Under the pieces are notes generated by a model that saw only the letters and a program-made list of their open reading frames with translations, was not told the origin of the DNA and made no database searches. This document shows positions 1 through 8,735 of a DNA stretch of 35,940 nucleotides, piece after piece; position 1 is the first letter of the stretch; every line of letters starts with the position of its first letter. Where the stretch lies: the NCBI GenBank assembly GCA_000494145.1, contig AWOE01000004.1, forward strand, positions 26,539-62,478. The letters run 5' to 3'. This stretch comes from Candidatus Calditenuaceae archaeon JGI OTU-1 (GTDB taxonomy: Archaea > Thermoproteota > Nitrososphaeria_A > Caldarchaeales > Calditenuaceae). Both the position numbers and the translations under genes were made by a program.

Positions 1-152
1 ACGTCGAAGATGCCGCCGTCGCCGGTGTCGAGCGTGACCGAGAAGTCCTTCAGGTATTTCGTGCCGTATTTGTTGAGCAGGTCGGTAGCGAGCTGGACGG
101 CCCTGGGCAGGAAGCCGCAGGGAACGCAGTAGACGATCCTCACGCGGGGCAC
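1..152 (-). CDS. Rdx/SelW-like CxxC thioredoxin-fold protein, N-terminal part (gene runs off window start)
   Basis: Hand translation of the minus strand from GTG 152..150 gives VPRVRIVYCVPCGFLPRAVQLATDLLNKYGTKYLKDFSVTLDTGDGGIFDV. The CxxC (CVPC) right after an N-terminal beta-strand, plus the GGIFDV block, is the Rdx (SelW/SelT-like) pattern. It is absent from the ORF track because it is truncated. An alternative GTG start lies at 143..141. Confidence 0.6.
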   Translation of the reverse strand, partial: MPRVRIVYCVPCGFLPRAVQLATDLLNKYGTKYLKDFSVTLDTGDGGIFD

Positions 153-220
153 GGTTTACCGGCTGAGCTCAAGCTAATTACCGTTGACCGGCTACGCACC
201 TTGTGGAGGATTTCGGGAGG

Positions 221-1057
221 TCACGTCAACGTCCCCGGACCGGGAACCTCCACGCCCATAGCCCTCCAGTAGGAGAGCAGCACGATCTCCGTAACTGTCC
301 GGACCTCGGCCTCATCGCGAGGAGCGTAGACCATGACGGCGTTTCGCGGTATAAGGTGGCCTGCGGCGGGGTGCGGCTCTGCCCATCCCTTCGCGACCAA
401 CTCCTCGATCCAGTTCGGCGGGGCCATCAGGTGGAGGCTTCCGTCGTGGGGCGGGTGAAGGTGCGCGAACTCCCTGCCGTACATGAAGGCGTCCTCCGGG
501 CCCTTGGCCGCGTCCTCTTCCAGCACGAGGGCCCTCGCACCGGGAACGGAGACGGCGCTCACCTCCTCGGTCACGTGGGGGAGCGAGAAGAGTTCGTCGG
601 CCAGCATCGAGTATATCCTCGGTCCCGGGTTCTGGGTCAGCTGCTGATGGGGCATGCCCCTCCTCGTGACCGGCCTCTCGCCGTGCCGCTCGGGCAAGCC
701 GAAGACGAAGACCCGGAGGCTCGGGAGCGTCCTGACCGCCGCCCACCCTGCACCCTTCGTGACCGGTTCGACTGAGACCAGCTCGAAGGCGTCGTCCAGC
801 ACCGCCTCCCTCTCCATCGCCAGCGGAGGGCTGCAGTAGTCCTCCTCTTCCCAGACCGCGTGGCCCCTCAGGTCGAAGCGAGCGTTCCGGAGGCTCTCGT
901 CGAGGGCCCTCCCGAAGGGCCTCATCGAGGCTATCCTCCCCGACTCGAGGTCCTGCCAGATCCTCCTCATCGCCCCCGGCTTGGGTAAGGCCCTCACCAG
1001 ATAGTGCGCCATGCCGATCGTGGGGGCTTCCGGTGTCCGATAAGCGTTCCCCCTCAT
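221..1057 (-). CDS. Two-domain hypothetical protein; C-terminal half resembles the 'luciferase-like domain' (ex-DUF5519) family
   Basis: 278-aa track ORF with natural composition. The C-terminal blocks VSVPGARAL, GREFAHLHPPHDGSLHL, GWAEPHP and VMVYAPRDEAE match my memory of that family. The N-terminal ~130 aa is unrecognised. The start is uncertain (a second Met lies at residue 16). Confidence 0.6.
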   Translation of the reverse strand: MRGNAYRTPEAPTIGMAHYLVRALPKPGAMRRIWQDLESGRIASMRPFGRALDESLRNARFDLRGHAVWEEEDYCSPPLAMEREAVLDDAFELVSVEPVTKGAGWAAVRTLPSLRVFVFGLPERHGERPVTRRGMPHQQLTQNPGPRIYSMLADELFSLPHVTEEVSAVSVPGARALVLEEDAAKGPEDAFMYGREFAHLHPPHDGSLHLMAPPNWIEELVAKGWAEPHPAAGHLIPRNAVMVYAPRDEAEVRTVTEIVLLSYWRAMGVEVPGPGTLT

Positions 1058-1143
1058 CTCACGCCGTAGCAGGAGCGGACCGAGGTCAGAAACGATGTGC
1101 TCACAGTTTTATGCTCGCGGTCCGGTGAGGGGGGAGGCGGGAG

Positions 1144-1599
1144 ATGCCGAAGTGGGGGTACTCGATACAGCTGGTCGACGAGTCGAGGATTGCGAAGGCC
1201 AGCTTAAGGGAGGTCGACGCGTCGCCGAAGTGGACGGGGGAGGTCTGCGCGGCGATCAAGGGGATGTACGTTGAGGACGCGAAGAGGCTGCTGGAGGACG
1301 TGATCGCCCGGAAAAGGATGATCCCCTACAGGAGGTACAGGAAGCTGAGGGCCCACCACTCGGAGACTAAGGGGCCGGGAGGTTATCCGGTGAAGCCGGC
1401 GAGGCTGCTGCTGAAGCTGCTCGAGTCGCTGGAGGCGAACGCGGAGTTCAAGGGCCTCGACACCTCGAGGCTCAAGATAGTCCACGCGGCGGTCCACAAG
1501 GGGAGGGTGATCAAGAAGTTCTTCCCGAGGGCCTTCGGGAGGGCATCGCCCCACAACAAGACGCTGATCCACATTGAGGTCGTCGCGGAACAGGTCTGA
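1144..1599 (+). CDS. rpl22: 50S ribosomal protein uL22 (archaeal L22)
   Basis: 151 aa with an archaeal uL22 pattern (ASLREVDASPK..., GRASPHNKTLIHIEVVAEQ). GGAGG lies 6 nt upstream of the ATG, and a TTTTATG TATA-like element lies about 35 nt upstream. Confidence 0.93.
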   Translation: MPKWGYSIQLVDESRIAKASLREVDASPKWTGEVCAAIKGMYVEDAKRLLEDVIARKRMIPYRRYRKLRAHHSETKGPGGYPVKPARLLLKLLESLEANAEFKGLDTSRLKIVHAAVHKGRVIKKFFPRAFGRASPHNKTLIHIEVVAEQV

Positions 1600-1729
1600 C
1601 CTCCCGTTGGGACCTTCACCGTTCCTCCCTCGACGTGTGAAACGCTTTGATCGTGCGGAGGCCGTTCGTCGCAGGTGACGGCCTGAACCCGGTGAAGGAC
1701 ATAAGCGGGTGCCCCGGTGATCGTTGGAG

Positions 1730-2209
1730 ATGCCGGCGGTAAGGGTGAGGCTCACGTGCGCGCTGGTCGACAGGCCCGGCACACTCCTCAAGACGCTTGA
1801 GCAGATAGCCCTCGCAGGGGGCAACATCATCTCCATCGTCCACAGCAGGGAGAACATCACGTCGGGCTACGTCCCTGTAAGCATCAACGTCGAGTTCCCG
1901 GACGCCCAGAGCCTCGAGAGGGCGAAGAGGGGGATCGAGTCGGTCGGCGTCCCCGTGATAGGATCTGAGAGCCTCGAGAAGGCGCTGAGGACGGTGATCG
2001 TCGTCGGCAGGGGAGAGCTCGGAGACCTGATCAGGGCCGTCGAGGGGCTCGGCCTCAGGATCGTCGACGCCTCTGTCCGCGGCAGCGGACCCGAGATAAC
2101 GGCCCGCTTAACGCTGGAGGTTCCGGAGGGCGACGAAGGGGAGAGCGCCATGGCGCGGTTCGAGGGGGCTGCCTCGAGCTTAGGCTACCTGCTGGTCCCG
2201 GAGGTGTGA
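1730..2209 (+). CDS. ACT-domain (amino-acid-binding regulatory) protein
   Basis: VRVRLTCALVDRPGTLLKTLEQIALAGGNIISIVH is a typical ACT beta-alpha-beta start. It lies directly upstream of and overlaps the homoserine dehydrogenase gene. The track starts at TTG 1724; I prefer ATG 1730 because GGTGAT sits 8 nt upstream. Confidence 0.8.
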   Translation: MPAVRVRLTCALVDRPGTLLKTLEQIALAGGNIISIVHSRENITSGYVPVSINVEFPDAQSLERAKRGIESVGVPVIGSESLEKALRTVIVVGRGELGDLIRAVEGLGLRIVDASVRGSGPEITARLTLEVPEGDEGESAMARFEGAASSLGYLLVPEV

Positions 2210-3198
2210 GGGGGGTGTTGAGGGCCCTCGTGAACGGTTACGGCTTCCTCGGCAAGAGGGTGGCCCGTTCCCTCCTCCTCGGCAAGCTCCCGGGCGTGAG
2301 GCTGGTCGCGGTCGCCAGGTCCACCGGCTACCTCTACAGGCCCGAGGGGTTAAGGGCGGAGGAGCTGGGAAACGACCTGAGCGGTTCGCCCCACTTCGTC
2401 GAGGGCAGCGCGCTGGTGTTGCTCGAGGACGGAAAGGTGGACCTGCTGGTGGAGCTCACCCCCACCAACCTCCCTTCAGGCGAGCCGGCCCTAACCAACA
2501 TCCGGACGGCCCTCTCCAGAGGGATCGACGTGGTCACCGCCAACAAGGCGCCGATCGCCCTCGCCTACCGGGAGCTGAAGGAGGTAGCACGGTCTACGGG
2601 AGCCCTCCTCCTCTTCGAGGGGACTGTGGGCGGAGGGATACCGCTGATATCGCTCAGGAGGTTCTGCCTGAGGGGCGACGAGGTCCTAACGATCAGGGGC
2701 ATACTGAACGGCACGACGAATTACATCCTGAGCAGGATGCACTTCGAGGGGCTGACCTTCGACCTCGCGCTGAGGGAGGCCCAGAACCTCGGGATCGCCG
2801 AAAGGGACCCGACGCTGGACATAGAGGGTTACGACACGGCCCTGAAGCTCCTGATACTCGCCAACGCCGTCATGGGGCTCGATAGGAAGCTCGACGACGT
2901 CAGGATCACGGGCATCTCCAGGATCTCCGCCGATGCCGTGGCGCTCGCGAAGGAGGCGAACATGGCCGTCAAGCTGATAGGATCTGTTGACGCCGACGGC
3001 AGGCTCTCGGTGGCTCCGAGGCTGGTGAAGCTGAACGACCCCATCTGCGTCCACGGGACGCTGAACGCCGTCACGATCCGCCTCAAAACGGCTGGCGACC
3101 TGACGCTCATCGGCGAGGGCGCTGGCGAGCCGACGGTGACGTCGATACTGAACGATATCTGGGAGGTAGTGACTGTCAGGGGTTTTGGGTCGGCATAG
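2206..3198 (+). CDS. hom: Homoserine dehydrogenase
   Basis: N-terminal Rossmann motif (NGYGFLGKRV) and the GILNGTTNYILS motif characteristic of homoserine dehydrogenase. GTG 2206 overlaps the ACT stop as GTGA. GTG 2215 is an alternative start, 8 nt after GGAGGTG. Confidence 0.9.
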   Translation: MRGVLRALVNGYGFLGKRVARSLLLGKLPGVRLVAVARSTGYLYRPEGLRAEELGNDLSGSPHFVEGSALVLLEDGKVDLLVELTPTNLPSGEPALTNIRTALSRGIDVVTANKAPIALAYRELKEVARSTGALLLFEGTVGGGIPLISLRRFCLRGDEVLTIRGILNGTTNYILSRMHFEGLTFDLALREAQNLGIAERDPTLDIEGYDTALKLLILANAVMGLDRKLDDVRITGISRISADAVALAKEANMAVKLIGSVDADGRLSVAPRLVKLNDPICVHGTLNAVTIRLKTAGDLTLIGEGAGEPTVTSILNDIWEVVTVRGFGSA

Positions 3199-3207
3199 TA
3201 CGCATCA

Positions 3208-3996
3208 TCAGAGATAGTAGAATTTGAGTGAGACGGAGGAAATGAAGAGCAGGGTCGATCCGATCAAAACCACGTGGTCCCTCCTTCTCGACCTCAGCGT
3301 CCTGTAGCTGGTCCTCTTCTCCACGGCGCCGAAGCACTTGACCTCCAGGGCCTCCGCCATCTCGAAGGCCCTCCTGAGGGCGTTCACGGTGACTGGGACG
3401 AAAGCCCTGACGTAGTTCCTGAAGAGCCTGATGGGGTTCCGGGTGTCGTAGTTGACGCCCCTCATCCTCTGCGAGTCGATGACCTCCTGGACCTCCTCGA
3501 GGAAGAGCGGAGCGAACCTGATCGAGGCCGTGAGGGCGAACGCGTAGTCGTATGGCACCCTCATCCACCTCAGGACCAGGGCGAAGTCCTCGGGCGAGGT
3601 GGTCAAGAGGAAGAAGGAGAAGGACGTGAAGACGGCGATGAACCTCATCAGGAGCGCGGCGTTGGTCAGCGCGAACTCGGGCGTGAGGACCGGTGTCCCG
3701 GCCGTCAGGCTCCCCAGGACGTTGAGCAGCAGCACGAAGGCCAGGAAGGGCCCCAGGGCCCTCATCGTCCTCAGAACCCTTCCCGACTCGTTGACCGTGG
3801 CTAGCAGCAACGTCACCAGCAGGAGGACGGCCGAAGAGGCGGCCAGCGACAGGACCGGCGGCCTGTCGTAGATCACGGGGAGCGCGAAGAGGTAGACCGA
3901 GATGGCGAGCTTCACCCGCGGGTCGAGGGCGGCAACACCTCGCTCAACGCTCCTGAACCGCAGGAGATCACCGAGCCTCAGGCTCACCGCATCCAC
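3208..3996 (-). CDS. ecfT: ECF transporter transmembrane (T) component, EcfT/CbiQ family
   Basis: Polytopic hydrophobic 262-aa protein with the EcfT coupling-helix region (ASIRFAPLFLEEVQEVIDSQRMRG). It lies downstream of two ECF-type ABC ATPase genes. The GTG start overlaps the upstream gene by 29 nt, and a later GTG at 3987 is possible. Confidence 0.85.
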   Translation of the reverse strand: MDAVSLRLGDLLRFRSVERGVAALDPRVKLAISVYLFALPVIYDRPPVLSLAASSAVLLLVTLLLATVNESGRVLRTMRALGPFLAFVLLLNVLGSLTAGTPVLTPEFALTNAALLMRFIAVFTSFSFFLLTTSPEDFALVLRWMRVPYDYAFALTASIRFAPLFLEEVQEVIDSQRMRGVNYDTRNPIRLFRNYVRAFVPVTVNALRRAFEMAEALEVKCFGAVEKRTSYRTLRSRRRDHVVLIGSTLLFISSVSLKFYYL

Positions 3997-4804
3997 CCAC
4001 CGACTTGAGGAGGGACCTGAGCTGCAGGACGAGGTCCTCGAAACTCGACGTCTTCTTCACGCCCATCGCCTCGAGCCTCGATGAGATGACGACGGACTGG
4101 GGAGGGAGAACCCTCGCTTCCCTCAGCAGCCCTTCGTCGGTGAGCACGTCCTCCGCCCTCCCGTCCGCCAGAACTTTCCCTCTCCCCATCAAAACCACCC
4201 TCGGCGAGAGCTCGGAGACGAACTCGACGTCGTGGGTCGCTATCACCAACGTCTTCCCCTCGTCCCTGAGGCGCCTGATGATCTCCGTCATCGCGTCCCT
4301 GCCGGCCCTGTCCTGTCCCAGCGTCGGCTCGTCGAGCAGCAGGTACTTCGGCTCCCAGGCCAGAACCACCGCTATCGACAGCCTCTTCTTCTGGCCTCCG
4401 CTGAGGGTGAAGGGCGACCTCTTCTCCGTGCCCTCCAGGCCGAAGGCCCTCAAGAGATCGATGACGCGGTCCGCTCTGTCCAGCATGCCGAAGTTCCTCA
4501 ACGCATAGAGCATCTCCTCCTCGACCGATTCGAGGAAGAAGAGCGTCTCGGCGATCTGGGGGACGTACCCGACGAGCCTTGCGATCGTGTTCAGCGGTGT
4601 CCTTCTGGTGTCGAGCCCGTCGATCCTAACGGTGCCCTCGCTCGGCTTCAGGAGGCCCGACATGAGCTTCAGCAGCGTCGTCTTCCCCGCACCGTTTCCC
4701 CCCATCAGCGCTACGACCTCGCCGTCCCTCAGGACCAGATCGACGCGTTCGACCGCTCTCACACCTCCAGGGTATGTGAAGGAGACCCGGTCCAGCTCGA
4801 TCAT
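3968..4804 (-). CDS. ecfA2: ECF transporter ATPase component (A')
   Basis: Walker A GGNGAGKTT, signature LSGGQKKR and Walker B LLLDEP. The track ORF (to 4948) is over-extended. ATG 4804..4802 (MIELDRVSFTYPGG) forms an ATGA overlap with the upstream stop. Confidence 0.9.
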   Translation of the reverse strand: MIELDRVSFTYPGGVRAVERVDLVLRDGEVVALMGGNGAGKTTLLKLMSGLLKPSEGTVRIDGLDTRRTPLNTIARLVGYVPQIAETLFFLESVEEEMLYALRNFGMLDRADRVIDLLRAFGLEGTEKRSPFTLSGGQKKRLSIAVVLAWEPKYLLLDEPTLGQDRAGRDAMTEIIRRLRDEGKTLVIATHDVEFVSELSPRVVLMGRGKVLADGRAEDVLTDEGLLREARVLPPQSVVISSRLEAMGVKKTSSFEDLVLQLRSLLKSVGGCGEPEAR

Positions 4805-5655
4805 CGACCGCCCACGCCTCCCCGGACCCTCCTCGAGACCAGGGCCTCCAGCTCCTCTGGCAGCAGCGGCACCGGACCGTCGAGACGGCAGGAATCCCTC
4901 AGCCTCCAGTATAGCTCCACGACCCTCGGAACCGGGATCTCGTCGCATCTCGGCTCCGAGAAGAAGGACCTCGGTTCGCCGGAGAAGATCACCCTCCCTC
5001 CGCTGAAGGCTATCACCCTGTCGGCGTGGGGTGCGATCAGGTCGGTCCTGTGCTCCGCCACGAGGACGGTCCTCCCCTCTTCCCTGCAGATCTTGACGAC
5101 GAGGTCCAGCACCTCCTTCGCCGCCAGCGGGTCGAGCATCGAGGTCGGCTCGTCGAGGAGCAGGACGTCAGGGCCCATCGCCATCACGGTCGCTATAGCG
5201 AGCCTCTGCTTCTGACCACCTGAGAGCTCCGCCGGGTTCCTCCTCCTCAGGTCCCTCAGACCGAACCGGTCCAGCGCTTCCTCGACCCTCCGCCGGATCT
5301 CCTCGGGTGGCACGCCGAGGTTCTCGAGGGGGAAGGCCAGCTCCGACTCGACGGAAGTGGAGAAGATCTGCGTCTCGGGGTTCTGGAAGACCATCCCCAC
5401 CCTCGTGGCGAGCCTGTGCACCGGCGTCGACGCCACCTCCATCCCCATCACCCTGACCGAGCCGAGGTACTCGCCGGAGTAGAAGTGCGGTATGAGGCCG
5501 ATGAGGCAGCGGAGGAAGGTCGACTTCCCCGAGCCGGTCGATCCGAGCACCAGCACCAGCTCCCCCCGGTCGATCTCGAGGTCCACCTCCCTGAGGGCCC
5601 ACTCCTCCGAGCCCTCGTATCGGAAGCTCAGACCCCTTACCTCTACCGCCTTCAT
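4801..5655 (-). CDS. ecfA1: ECF transporter ATPase component (A)
   Basis: Walker A GSTGSGKST, LSGGQKQR and LLLDEPT. The track ORF (to 5715) is over-extended. ATG 5655..5653 (MKAVEVRGLSFRY) overlaps the upstream TGA by 1 nt (TGATG). Confidence 0.9.
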   Translation of the reverse strand: MKAVEVRGLSFRYEGSEEWALREVDLEIDRGELVLVLGSTGSGKSTFLRCLIGLIPHFYSGEYLGSVRVMGMEVASTPVHRLATRVGMVFQNPETQIFSTSVESELAFPLENLGVPPEEIRRRVEEALDRFGLRDLRRRNPAELSGGQKQRLAIATVMAMGPDVLLLDEPTSMLDPLAAKEVLDLVVKICREEGRTVLVAEHRTDLIAPHADRVIAFSGGRVIFSGEPRSFFSEPRCDEIPVPRVVELYWRLRDSCRLDGPVPLLPEELEALVSRRVRGGVGGR

Positions 5656-6695
5656 CACCGATCTTCGATCGGCTTGACGTGGCTCCCCAGCGCGTACCCC
5701 AGCAGCTCGAGGCACCTGGCGATCACTTCCTCGAAGGAGGCCGGAACCCTTACCCTAGCTGCGGCCGCGTGGCCCCCGCCCTGACCTCCGAGCTTCGAGG
5801 TGAGGGGCTCGATGACGTCCTTGACCACGTTGATCGAGTACGTCTTTACGACCTCCGGCGAGACCCTGAAGACGACGTCGGTGAAGCCCTCGGATTCGTC
5901 TCCTACCACAGCTATCCCGGCACCGGCGTTGACCAGCGTCCTGGCGACCGACGAGCGGAAGGCGCCGACCCTCGTGACGGCTATGATCACGTTCTCGGCC
6001 CTGAAGAGCGAGGACCTCTTCAGCCCCTTGAGCCTAGCGACCCTCTCGGAGTAGTCGGGAGGGACCTCCAGCGCCTCCGCGTGGACGGACGGATCGGCGC
6101 CGAAGCCTCCCAAAAGGCCGACCTTCCTCAGGACGAGAGCGTCGGCCACCGTCAGCCTCACGGTGTCGTAGTAGATGCCGAAGAAGAGGGCCGCCGATTC
6201 CACCGCCTTCAGCGGCATGCCGTTGAGGACGCAGAGGTCCAGGACGATCTCGGAGCTCGACTTGTACTCGGGAGAGGAAAAGACCGCGAAGCCCTCCGGC
6301 CACCGGTCGCTCACGTGGTGGTCTACGACCGTGACCCTGCCCACGACCGAGGAGAGGGTGCTGCCGAGCTGGTTCGGCGAGCCGACGTCGACCGCAACGT
6401 AGTGCTCGGCCTCGGGGAGCTCGGGTGCCAGCCGTATCGAGAGGGCTTCGGCGAACCTCGCAGAGAGGTCGGAGACTTCTCCCGGGACGTGAACGCCGTC
6501 CACCACTTCCGCTCCGTAAAGGTCCCTCAGGAGGTTGCCTAACACGTAGGCCGCCGCTATCGAGTCCTGGTCGCCGCCCAGGTGCGTCAGCAAGCCCACC
6601 CTCATGCCCTTCAGCCGGGCGAGGTGGTTCGAGAGGGACGAGACGAAATCCCTCGACCTTATCAGCTCCTCGAGGTTCCGCGGTGAGGGGGTCAC
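5655..6695 (-). CDS. DHH/DHHA1-family phosphoesterase (NrnA/RecJ-like)
   Basis: Motifs HLGGDQDSIAAA, VDVGS, VVDHH and GGGH (DHHA1). The track ORF extends to 7130, but its first ~145 aa are R/G/E/P-rich and overlap prefoldin in another frame. GTG 6695..6693 forms a GTGA overlap with the pfdB stop. ATG 6605 is a fallback start. Confidence 0.8.
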   Translation of the reverse strand: MTPSPRNLEELIRSRDFVSSLSNHLARLKGMRVGLLTHLGGDQDSIAAAYVLGNLLRDLYGAEVVDGVHVPGEVSDLSARFAEALSIRLAPELPEAEHYVAVDVGSPNQLGSTLSSVVGRVTVVDHHVSDRWPEGFAVFSSPEYKSSSEIVLDLCVLNGMPLKAVESAALFFGIYYDTVRLTVADALVLRKVGLLGGFGADPSVHAEALEVPPDYSERVARLKGLKRSSLFRAENVIIAVTRVGAFRSSVARTLVNAGAGIAVVGDESEGFTDVVFRVSPEVVKTYSINVVKDVIEPLTSKLGGQGGGHAAAARVRVPASFEEVIARCLELLGYALGSHVKPIEDR

Positions 6696-7057
6696 GACTC
6701 CTCGACTCCCCTCCCGGAGACGGCCGACTGGATCTGCTTCTGGAGCTCGGAGATCTGGGTCCTCGTCCGGGCCTCCTGCCTCTCGAGGACCTTCAGCCTC
6801 GTGTCGTTCAGGTCCCTCTTCTCCGTAAGCTCCGCCATCACCTTCTCCTTCGTCGTCTGTATCAGCAACGGCCCCACCGCCTTGTACACCACGACCTGCT
6901 CGTCGGCCTTCGAGAGCTCCTCGAGCGCCAGCTTGATCTCCTCGAGCTCGGCCTGGACCCTCTGCTTCTCGGAGATCAGGACGGAGAGGGTTTGCTGGAG
7001 CTGTTGGAGCCTCGCCAGCTGCTGCTGGACGTTCATCGGCAGCTCTCCGGTCGACAT
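6692..7057 (-). CDS. pfdB: Prefoldin beta subunit
   Basis: 121 aa with two heptad coiled coils flanking a central beta hairpin (VVVYKAVGPLLIQTTKEKV), the typical archaeal PfdB layout. GGAGGT lies immediately upstream of the ATG. Confidence 0.85.
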   Translation of the reverse strand: MSTGELPMNVQQQLARLQQLQQTLSVLISEKQRVQAELEEIKLALEELSKADEQVVVYKAVGPLLIQTTKEKVMAELTEKRDLNDTRLKVLERQEARTRTQISELQKQIQSAVSGRGVEES

Positions 7058-7229
7058 CGACCTCCGTTTCTCCCGTCGATGATTTAAGGCATTTCCGAAA
7101 GAGCGGCCTCGTAGGGTTTCGGGGCCTCACCCGAGCGTCGCGTGCTCCTCACGACGGTTAACGGAGCCCTTATCCCGGCAGGTCGGCTGTAGGACGGCTG
7201 CGGCCGCGTCGAGGCCCGCCGGATTTAGC

Positions 7230-7237
7230 GTTATATC
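7230..7237 (+). promoter_or_regulatory. Putative TATA box of radA (GTTATATC)
   Basis: AT-rich octamer in an otherwise GC-rich spacer, centred about 29 nt upstream of ATG 7263. This implies a leaderless or near-leaderless radA mRNA. A nearly identical GCGGTTATATC sits in the CRISPR leader. Confidence 0.4.
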
Positions 7238-7262
7238 ACGCGGAGGCGATCGACCGTCAGGG

Positions 7263-8282
7263 ATGCCGCAGAAGGAGAAGGAAAAGGAGAAACCGAGGCA
7301 CCAGGTCTACACCGATATCTCGGAGCTGCCAGGAGTCGGACCTGCGACTGCCGAGAAGCTGAGGGAGATAGGGTTCTCGACGATAGAGGCCCTCGCCACA
7401 GCCACGGTAGCCGAGCTCGAGGCTGCGGGGATCAGCGAGAGAAAGGCCGAGGAACTGATCAGGTTGGCGAGGGAGTCGATAGAGATCTCGTGGGTGACGG
7501 CGAAGGACCTGATAAGGCTCAGGAGCGGCATAAGGAGACTCACGACGGGCAGCAAGGCCCTCGACGCGCTGATCGGCGGAGGCATCGAGACCCAGGCGAT
7601 AACCGAGTTCTTCGGTGAGTTCGGGTCGGGGAAGAGCCAGATGTGCCACCAGCTGGCGGTGAACGTCCAGCTCCCGGTGGAGAGGGGAGGGCTCGACGGA
7701 GCGGCGCTCTACATCGACACCGAGAACACCTTCAGGACCGAGCGGATCGAGCAGATGGCCAAGTACCTGGGGCTGGAGCCGGACAAGGTCTTGGAGAGGA
7801 TCATCTACGCGGAGGCCTACAACAGCGACCACCAGATACTGCTCCTCGAGAGGGCGGACAAGGTGATCAAGGAGAACAACGTCAAGCTGATCGTCGTCGA
7901 CTCGCTGACGGCCCACTTCAGGAGCGAGTACATCGGAAGGGAGATGCTCGCGGAGAGGCAGCAGAAGCTGAACAAGCACATGCACCGTCTCCTCAGGCTG
8001 GCGAGGGCCTTCAACGCGGCCGCGGTCGTGACGAACCAGGTCATGGCGAGGCCCGACGAGTTCTTCGCACCGATGGCCGTCGCACCGGTCGGCGGTCACG
8101 TGGTGGGCCACACCAGCCACACCAGGCTCTTCATCCGGAAGACCGCAGGGAAGAACTTCAGGATCGTCCGGCTCGTCTCGAGCCCCTACCTCCCTGAAGG
8201 CGAGGTGCTGATCAAGATCACCGAGAACGGCATCGAGGACGTCGAGGAGGAAGAGCGGGAGGAGTACGGCAGGAAGAGGTGA
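7263..8282 (+). CDS. radA: DNA repair and recombination protein RadA
   Basis: N-terminal HhH ([17 protein letters not shown]), Walker [10 protein letters not shown], Walker B LIVVDSL and the L2-region pattern of archaeal RadA. 339 aa. Confidence 0.97.
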   Translation: MPQKEKEKEKPRHQVYTDISELPGVGPATAEKLREIGFSTIEALATATVAELEAAGISERKAEELIRLARESIEISWVTAKDLIRLRSGIRRLTTGSKALDALIGGGIETQAITEFFGEFGSGKSQMCHQLAVNVQLPVERGGLDGAALYIDTENTFRTERIEQMAKYLGLEPDKVLERIIYAEAYNSDHQILLLERADKVIKENNVKLIVVDSLTAHFRSEYIGREMLAERQQKLNKHMHRLLRLARAFNAAAVVTNQVMARPDEFFAPMAVAPVGGHVVGHTSHTRLFIRKTAGKNFRIVRLVSSPYLPEGEVLIKITENGIEDVEEEEREEYGRKR

Positions 8283-8704
8283 GGTGCTTGGACGAGAAGT
8301 TGGAGAGGCAGGTAGTGAGGATCCTCCAGCTCCTCTTCGACGGCAAGATCTCGGACGCAGAGAGGGCCCTCGAGAACCTCGAGAAGCGGGTCAAGGGGAC
8401 GGAGCTGAACGGATACGCGACGGCGATCAGAGGCATCCTCATCTCGTACACGACCGACGACAAGACCTCCGTGCTCTACAGGGTCTACTCGTCCGACGAC
8501 CCGAAGGGTGAGCTCCAGCAGTACGTCAGGGCGATGCGCGAGGCCGACGCGTCATTCGACGACTTCAGGTCACCCGTCGTCGAGGTATGGGAAGCGGTGC
8601 TAAGGAACTTCGACAGGCTCCCCGTACCCCACAAGTTCAGGTCCTCTCAGGAGGTGAAGCAGCAGACGCTCGACGAGGAGGGGGCCGCGTCCGGAAAGGG
8701 CTGA
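8279..8704 (+). CDS. Hypothetical helical protein, translationally coupled to radA
   Basis: 141-aa ORF with natural, non-shadow composition and an acidic/polar tail. GTG 8279 overlaps the radA TGA as GTGA. I recognise no family. Confidence 0.55.
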   Translation: MRCLDEKLERQVVRILQLLFDGKISDAERALENLEKRVKGTELNGYATAIRGILISYTTDDKTSVLYRVYSSDDPKGELQQYVRAMREADASFDDFRSPVVEVWEAVLRNFDRLPVPHKFRSSQEVKQQTLDEEGAASGKG

Positions 8705-8735
8705 TCTAAGGGGGTTGGCGGAGGTCCGGTCCTGA

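Noticed and set aside
6696-7130. The N-terminal extension of the 491-aa ORF upstream of the DHH domain.
   Set aside because: It overlaps prefoldin beta in a different frame and is R/G/E/A/P-rich with no motif. A GTG with a GTGA overlap at 6695 gives a normal-length DHH protein.
7103-7218. GC-rich 205-nt pfdB/radA spacer with a possible long-range helix GGCCTCG/CGAGGCC (7105-7111 / 7210-7216) enclosing two 5-bp hairpins (7119-7134, 7136-7156), a possible structured sRNA.
   Set aside because: The stems are short and of a kind expected by chance in GC-rich sequence. I found no C/D, H/ACA or other box motifs. I have no conservation or covariation evidence, so I treat it as divergent promoter space unless RNA-seq says otherwise.
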